DNA of 64,000 bases from the human T2T-CHM13v2.0 reference genome, Homo sapiens. Below are positions 55,939-64,000 of the stretch, in pieces (within the stretch, counting starts at the first letter, position 1; each line of letters begins with the position of its first letter). The notes beneath the pieces are model-generated. The model saw only the letters and a list, made by a program, of their open reading frames with translations. It made no database searches and was not told where the DNA came from. Where the stretch lies: the NCBI RefSeq assembly GCF_009914755.1, contig NC_060928.1, one strand, 5' to 3'. A program made the position numbers and the translations under genes.

Positions 55939-57440
55939 TATTTAGCTTATAAATATGTTTGCTATTAAGTTTCCAAGTGCATAGACAACTGATATTATTA
56001 ATATGCCAAAAGAAAGACGTCACATTCCTTTGCTCCAATACCCTTATGCCATTTTAACATCAAAATAACAGAAAACCCAATGAATAAAATAGAAATTATT
56101 TTGCCCATACTTTATTAACTAATGAACCAATGAAATAATTAATTAATTTTTAAGTGAGTGAGATAAGAAAGCTTCCTATTAGAAGAGAATGTCAACTAAT
56201 AAATACAGAAGTCATGATGAAACCAGATAATCACGTGCCGATAATCACAGGAATACTTCATTCATCCAGTGTATATCAATGAACACTAAAAGCAGCAAGT
56301 AAAAATTTAGTGAGAAAATCAATATTTACATGGTCTCAAAGTACCTCCCCACAATATATACATTAATTACAAGTGAGAATTAGTAAATTTACAAAGGAGA
56401 AACCTGAAAGAAACCACTTTAATCAAATGATTTTAGTTAAATCTTCAGTAATAAAATAAACAAGGCAAACAAATCACCATACTACCTTATGCCTCATTTG
56501 GAAGAACACAGAATCACTTCTCACTTCTGTGATATTTCTGCCTAAAATGCATAACCTGAATGTCACTGTGAGGAAACATCAGACAAACCCAAAGTGACAT
56601 ATGAAGTAATAGATGGGAAGACAGGGAAAACTCATCAGTTTTGTGATATATTTGGAAGTAGTTTAGTTAAAAGTTTAAGTTACATTGGGTATGGACCATT
56701 ATAGCAAGAGAAAGCATAAGGATAACACCAAGATCAAGGCAAAGAAACTGAGTGATTGATGGAGCCCTTAACTGATATGAAGAAGAATCGAGAGGTGGTA
56801 CATTTTCTCAGAAAGGGAAACAGACTAAGAGTATTATAATGTATTTATTATTTTTTGGAGTTCTTTGTGATTGTTAAATGTAAGTGCTTCGATGAATGTA
56901 TTATCATTCCTAAAGTTAATGATTAAAAGTCATATAGGATTATTAATGATTCAACATCATTTTTTACATTTTGGACATTTTATATAAATTTCATAGATCT
57001 CACTATACTTAGCTGCCTACAAGCAAATTCTAGAATTTTAATTATACCTATTTTGAGATTCAATATATTACTTCAAATATTACTTTCACAAAACACAAAG
57101 AAAAAAACAAAAAGCTACTAATATGTAAGGCTTTCTAGTACTAAACTGCTGTTTATATTATGATTATACTGGTTTTTTTCCAAATAATTTTCCCTATTTT
57201 AAAACTGATATGACAATTTATCCCTGAGTTTTAAATAAAATCTATTGGAAATTCTCTAATGAAAAATACAGCTGAAAGCCCATGAGATGCATGATAGCAT
57301 TGCCAATATAAAGCATGCTATTTTGCTTATAAAAATGTGTCTGCTATTAAAGTCTCCAGGCACACAGACTATGCAGAATCATTAATAAGTCAAAAGAAAG
57401 GCAAAGTCACATTCCTTTCCTTCCACATCCCCATGCCATT
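55939..57440 (+). repeat. Diverged ~115-120-bp direct repeat: 55939-56053 and 57319-57440
   Basis: Collinear shared blocks GCTTATAAA, TGCTATTAA, ATTAATA, CAAAAGAAAG, GTCACATTCCTTT, ATGCCATT; roughly 70% identity by eye. Confidence 0.85.
56060..56600 (+). mobile_element. L1MC4-like 3' region fragment
   Basis: CAAAGTACCTCCCCACAA..ATTAATTACAA..GGAGAAACCTG..CACTTCTGTGATATTTCTGCC..GAGGAAACATCAGACAAACCCAAA. Confidence 0.7.
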
Positions 57441-58229
57441 CTAGAAAGTCCAGCAAATATGAATTTTGCTTTTTCCATTTCCATAAGCTCTTTGTTCACC
57501 AAAAATTTATGTTAATTGCTAGGGAAAGGGGCTACCCATAAGCACTGGGAAAACAATTCATGGTTTAATATAAATAATAAATTCAGCAGTAGCCACTTTA
57601 CTCAGGATGTATACCACCATGAAACATTACTGCAAATTTTTGCAATTATAAGTACATTTTGTTAGAGGATTATGTAAAAAGGAAGACAATTGGAAAGGAT
57701 TTACTGTTAACTAGGGAAATACAAATCTAGAAAGTTATAAAGTTAAAATTAAACTCTTGGAAGCTTTTTGAATCAGAAACAGAAAAGGCTTATTTGCAGT
57801 TGTGAGGAAAAAGTGAATTTAGTGTTCATCAAAATTTCTCTTCTATTACAAGTGTTGTCTTTAATTTCCAATATACTCTTACATAGGCAAGCTCTCTTCA
57901 CTCCAAATTAATGTGTTCTGTTCTACCTTTTACATTTACTTTTTATTAAAGAGTTCCTCTTCTTAGCAACCTGATAATTTAGTGAATCTAAGAAGTCTAT
58001 CAGATCAGTTGTCTAGAATAACATAAACAAAGGAAATAATTCCTAAATTAAACACTTCAAAATTTTCACTTCTCAATCAGTTTTGTGCGTGAAGGGGGAG
58101 TGCATCGCATAGACAAATATATTGAGACAATACTAGAAATCATAGCAACCTTAGAACCTCTTTAACTAAGGCCCCTTGAGGTTAATTAAATTGCTTTTGG
58201 TCAGATACCAGTTCAAGCCTAAAACAGAA

Positions 58230-58620
58230 GTTTGCTGCTGGTGCTAGTGCCTTAACAGTTCAAAGGAACATCCTACAGAGCTGGGACTCAGACTTCTGTA
58301 GAGGGAACTTGAGCCATCTGGCACTGATACCTCTGAGCTGGCATGATGAAGCTAGTTCTTGAAATACAGAAAAGATTGGAAACTGGTAGCAACTGCTGTT
58401 ACTCAAACCAAATGCTGAGATGAAGAGCGAATTATTAGAGCAAGCAATCTGGAAGGTGCTTGTCTCTTCTTCACTTCCTTTAATGCTCCCTATTGGCAGG
58501 ACCTAACAGGGAGTCAGCGGGCAAAGGAAAAGAATGGCTTGCAGAATTCCAGCCATAACAATCATAAAGAAAAGAACAGAGGATAGGTCTGGAGCTTATA
58601 GTACTTAACAATCGGCACAT
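58230..58620 (-). mobile_element. Ancient LTR fossil (family uncertain, LTR78/LTR67-like)
   Basis: CTCCCTATTGGCAGGACCTAACAGGGAGTCAG..GGCAAAGG..TTGCAGA..CCAGCC..GGAGCT..GGCACA. Confidence 0.45.
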
Positions 58621-59124
58621 TCAAAGAGGCATTCGACTTCCCAGATGACACTGCAGTTGGGACCAAAATAATGTATCTGTTAAAAATGTAAAAGAGGAGT
58701 ATGACTGTGGGCATGCAAGCTGCAGTGTCTGCAGTAACCACTTCTGAATCTAGAGATCAATGCAGTTTAGTCATGGAGCTGTGACACATACAAATTACAG
58801 CTCAAGAGCCAAAAGTGATTAAAGAGGAATTTCTTCTTATGACCTCTTGGATGACATTAAAGTGACTGCAAATAAAAAGTCTTTAGAAACACCCATTAAA
58901 GTACCCTTTGTTTCCATTCCACTTTCCTGGCAGGTTTCTTTCTCGTGCATGCTCCCTCCCCGCCCAAAAAGAAAAAAAAATCGTACTCTACTCCCAGTTC
59001 ATGATGCTTTCATTTCTTCTCTTTCCCGCTCCTTATATCATTTTGCATCAACTATTAATTATGATTACTTATTAATTAACATCTCTTCCTTCAATACATT
59101 GTTATTTTTCAATGTGATCAATTG

Positions 59125-59545
59125 ATGTATGAACAACCCCAGTTGCTCACTCCTCTCTATGAATATGTTCTTTGGCACGAAATTTTATAGCCCCCGCTAC
59201 CCTCACCCTAAGCTTGGCCATGTTATTTGCTTTAGCCACTGAAATTTTGGAAAGTGGGACATAAGCAGAGGGTTGGGAAATAGTTTGACCGACTGGGTTT
59301 GTTCTCATTCTTGCTCTATGACAGCACTATAAGAATACATCCAGGCTAGCCTGCTGGAGGATGGGAGATTGTCAGTTCAGATATGGCTGCTGACCTAGCT
59401 GGCAGCCAGTATACACCAGACCTGTACATCAAACCACTCAAGATGAGAATATCCCCACCAAGCCTAGCCTAAATATCTGGCCGTAGATTGATGAGCTAAA
59501 TGAATTCTTATTATGGTAAGTTCCTGAGATTTGAGATGGTTTGTT
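59125..59545 (+). mobile_element. MLT1 (H/I-like) solo LTR
   Basis: GCTTGGCCATGTTATTTGCTTTAGCCA, CCAGGCTAGCCTGCTGGAGGATG, CTGAGATTTGAGATGGTTTGTTATACA..AACTGATA. Confidence 0.7.
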
Positions 59546-59690
59546 ATACAACAGGGAACTGATAGGCTTATTCTTCAAGAGGAGCAAAACAGGGATGATT
59601 GCTATTCTCTTCAATGGGTTGAGGAAAGAAGAAATTATGTGAACATTTATACACTAATAATTTATTCTGTCATATTTCAGTCAGATTAAA

Positions 59691-59753
59691 GCAAACAGCC
59701 AAAAACAAGGACAAAGTCCAAGGTAAGAGACTGATGATAAGTGGCCTGTTTAC
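59691..59753. promoter_or_regulatory. Candidate endoderm/liver enhancer motif cluster (HNF4 DR1, two FOX, GATA)
   Basis: GCAAACA 59691-59697, AGGACA-A-AGTCCA 59708-59720, TGATAAG 59735-59741, TGTTTAC 59747-59753; motif-only evidence. Confidence 0.4.
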
Positions 59754-60394
59754 AAGGAAAATAAGATCACTAGCTCTACTTACAGCTGATTCAGAATAAC
59801 TTCATTTTTAAAGCCTAAAATTTTATAGTCAAGCTCTTGAGTGCAATTTCCTTAACATTTTCTAAACCATACAGAAAATCATAAAGAAACAATATTTCTT
59901 TGTTTGAGTTTCCTTTTTAGGAGTTAGGTCTTATTTTAAAAATATTTTCTAGCCTGTTTAGGCTCTTATTTAAAATTATCTACTTTTCTCAAAGTCTTTC
60001 TCATACTTGAGATATCCAAAATATTGAATGAGTGATGTAAACTATACCAGATAAACTATGAGTCTATATTTTTACCCTGATTCAGTCAGTTTCCAAGGAG
60101 AACTTTGAACAACTAAAAATGTGTATTACTATAATCTCTCTGAAATATTTCTTATTAATTTTTTGGGGGGAAAATGAGTCATTCTGAGCCAAAAAAAAAA
60201 AAGGTTAACCAGACACTTTCCACTCCTAACTTGAGTTGGCGATATCAGCAGATTCAAATTACCAGCAATGGGAAGATATAGGAAGATGTAGGTACCTACC
60301 AATGAGCTTACCTTCCCAGTGCTCTATATAACCTCACTTCTATAGCCCAAAGTATTAAAAAGAAGAAAAAATAATAATTCAGGCTTACTATTTA

Positions 60395-60845
<451 letters not shown>

Positions 60846-60869
60846 TCACTGAAGCAATGAGTGTAGAAG

Positions 60870-61560
60870 TTATTAGCATGAATTGAAGACTGATGCTGGC
60901 ACACAAATAGGGAGACACATCAATATAATGACCTAATGAATCTAGAAATAGCTTCAAGAAGTTATGGAAAAGTAGATGTGATAAAAGTTGCATTTCAAAT
61001 CAGTGAGCAAAGTATTTAATAGAATTGAGACAACTATGTAGCTATTAGGAAAACATTAAAGTTGGATGCATAATTAGAAACTCTCCTCAGGTATATCAAG
61101 ATTTTAACTGTGAGGAAATAAAACAACAAAAGATAGAGACAAAAGCAGGTAAGCACTTTAAAATATCATCTCAGAAATCTTCCAAGTTTGATACATAAAT
61201 TCAACTAAAATAAATGATTTTTCATTAGAAAAGCATTTGTCATAAGACAGATGAAATTGTGAGAAAAATCATTTGCAATACATATCATAGACAAAAGGCC
61301 AATACTCCTAATATATGAAGACTTCTTGTAAACCAAAAGAAAAATAAAGAATAGTATATAGTATGCTTTCATCTGTGCAAAAAAGAATACAATATATGTG
61401 GAATATCTCTGGAAATAGATATAAGTAACTATTGCCATTGTCTGTCCCTACGGATTGGAAATCGGTGATCAGGGGTTCAGAAATTGAAAAGGGCTTTTTC
61501 ACTCTATAGCCCATTCCACTTTTAAATCATGAACTCTATTAATACATTATCTATTTGTAA
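60870..61560 (+). mobile_element. Decayed L1ME ORF2/3' fragment
   Basis: GTGAGAAAAATCATTTGCAATACATATCATAGACAAAAGGCCAATACTCCTAATATATGAAGA. Confidence 0.55.
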
Positions 61561-61654
61561 ATAAATAAGCAATAATTGAATTAAACACTTTTATTTGTAA
61601 CAATTATATAAAAATATAGTTTACATACTTATTTAAAAACTAGTAACATTATAT

Positions 61655-61975
61655 TTTAATCAGGATTCTTGATGCTTGCTACCAGACAAACCCCAAAATC
61701 TCAAAGCTTAAGAGACACAGGGTTTATTTCTCACTCCATAGAGACTGATATGTGTTGGATGGCCCTAATGTAAGTAATATCCAGCCATTCGGAACATGTG
61801 CCTTTAAGACTGGTTGCATTAAAAGAGACTCACCAATTCTAAACTATCCCAACCCAGACCTGACACAAGTCATTTCTGCTAACAGTCCATTGGCCAGAAC
61901 CACTAGCATGGTTCTCACCTGACAACTGCAAGGAAGGAGGTGAAAGGAAAAGCATGGATAGCATATCATGACTTG
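61655..61975 (-). mobile_element. MLT1 (J-like) LTR fossil
   Basis: CCCCAAAATCTCAAAGCTTAA..GTTTATTTCTCACTC; TGACACAAGTCATTTCTGCTAACAGTCCATTGGCCAGAAC. Confidence 0.65.
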
Positions 61976-63118
61976 CATTTTTCACACTGCAGCAAATTCA
62001 TTTTTAAATAAAGGTTTTAATAATTAAAAAGCCTCATATTTGGTATAACCTCTTTTTGTGTGCTTTTGTTTTCACCTTGTTAAAAAGGCATATTAAATAT
62101 TCCCAATGAAGAATTACATCTATGAGACCTGTGGGGTGTCATAGAATATCTAGATATATCCTCTCCTAACTTTGACCTTGCATAGAAATATGGGCAAATA
62201 TACTATTGGCCAATCCAAATGCGAATACGCTTTGACATTTTTAAGCTTAGTCATTTTTTAGCTTTTCCAGGTACAATTAAACAATTGTAGTCTACACAGT
62301 CATTAACCAAACAGTGTTTGGAGACAGATGAGCTCATATTATCCATTTTGTCTGCATCCTTCAGCCAACTTTTTTACATGTACAGCCCATGAAGGCCACT
62401 AAGTGTGTTCTACATCCACAAATTACAAAGTCAAATGGGAAAGCCAGTGCAATGTTCTGCTATTTTTATCCTGGAAAGAACTGTTTGTATTCATGCTTAA
62501 TTTTTGTCTCTTAGTTCTACTCCAGGTCAGTTTTTGTCAAACTATATTTTTTCACTTTCCAGCAAGAAAAATGAGGTCTGCTTCTTAAAAGTAAAAAGCA
62601 GTGGAATATGTTACTAGATGGCTTCTGCATTGTTCATTTAAGTACTACGCGATGAAATATAGACATGATTTAGCAGTGTAATTTAGTTTCTCATCATTCT
62701 GTGTAAGTATTTACTTATGAGAAGGATTCCTATAACCAATTCTGAATAATGCCAGCTGTCCAAAAGAAAGACTCAGGAGACAAGACAGAAATTTTGGTGA
62801 CTGGGGGATTACTCACCAGAAGACATTGATGAACATTTCATTTCATTGAGGAACACATTGATCAACATTTCAGCAGAGAAACCAAAGCAAGTATATCATA
62901 ATATGTCATTTTAATAAGCCATGACACCAAATGCAAGAGCAACATGCAGATTGGGCGTTTTGTCTCTTACAACATATGCTATTTTTGTTTACCGTTAGTA
63001 AAAACACCACAGGGTCAGGGTGGGGCTGTGGCGAGTAAAATGTTGAGTTACGAGCACACCCTACTGGTTTGGTGTGAGATGACAATAAAAGACAATAAAA
63101 GGTTTCATAGGTGTTTTG

Positions 63119-63121
<3 letters not shown>

Positions 63122-63154
<33 letters not shown>

Positions 63155-63157
63155 GTG
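63122..63157. repeat. (TG)n microsatellite
   Basis: About 18 units with one GC interruption. Confidence 0.95.
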
Positions 63158-64000
63158 ATTATGGACATAGCGAAACATACAGTATTCTGCAGTTTTAATA
63201 TTATACCAAAAAGAAGAGTGATATGTATATTGGATAGATGAGAGATAAATAGACGTATTTGAACAGAATGAAATCCTTTTCTAAAGTTTATGAATGCCTT
63301 GATATGCCTTATTTCCCCTTTTTACTATTTTTAAGGCTCTTTTAACTCTCTCCACTCTCATTTAGTTTCTGAAGACTTGGCATCCCAAGGAAGACTCTTT
63401 TGAAGTCAATTTCCCTGACCCTGGATCCACAGAGCCACCTGCAGATGTCACACTGAAACTTTGCTGTTGACACACCACCTGTTTTTCCTTGTTCTCCTTC
63501 GGTTTTTGCTTTCATCAAGAAAATTCTTCAAACAGCTGGGTGATGCCAATACATGGAGCCCGCTGGGAAGTACATTCTTGTTCCACACTAGAAAACCAGA
63601 CTTAATTAGTCAGTCACATTTAGAGTACTTTTTCTTCTCCATGACGACTCTAATCACGTTAGCCATATTTGAACTGGAAAATAGCAGTGTTTTCAGCCAC
63701 ACATGATGAACACAAATTTATGTTTAAATACAAATATTAGAGAAAGACAAATAGGTTGACATAATTATGTGGTTGATTCTCCTGTGGCTAGAAAAAAAAA
63801 TAAATGTGCCACCTCATCACCTCAGTCTTCCTCACTGAGACCTGTTATCTAGAAAGGGGATATTCTAGGGGATCACAATGGCGAATTAGTGAGTTTGGGG
63901 AGTATTCTTTTGTTTTGCTTTCTTTTTTCACTCAGGAAGAGTGAGTAAAACCACGTGGCTATTTTTATGTCATGACTTAAATACATCTTCATCGCCAAGC

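Noticed and set aside
62811-63180. - strand donor (CTG|GTGAGT) and slightly raised CpG density near the (TG)n
   Set aside because: No matching acceptor identified; far below CpG-island density

Overview
AT-rich, CpG-depleted primate (very probably human) genomic DNA with no recognisable host protein-coding exon, RNA gene or CpG island, so most likely intergenic or deep intronic. It is dominated by interspersed repeats: 7 Alus (J, S and Y types, several with clear target-site duplications), L1 copies and relics, L2 and MIR fossils, MaLR/ERV solo LTRs (THE1, MLT1, LTR16/40/47, MER57-like) and DNA-transposon fossils (Tigger3a, Tigger4, MER58, MER102, MER5). The only ORFs with recognisable products are L1 ORF1p/ORF2p fragments; the rest are Alu/LTR-derived or chance. 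Structure not explained by repeats: (1) ~250-bp inverted-repeat arms (~84% identical by hand alignment) at 42.2-43.5 kb; (2) a perfect 137-bp tandem duplication at 46057-46332; (3) a diverged ~115-bp direct repeat 1380 bp apart at 55.9/57.3 kb; (4) two L1s with multi-kb internal deletions; (5) an HNF4/FOXA/GATA motif cluster overlapping a candidate 42-nt exon at 59.7 kb; (6) several short hairpins. Subfamily names come from recalled consensus sequences, not a database search. Boundaries of old repeats are approximate.
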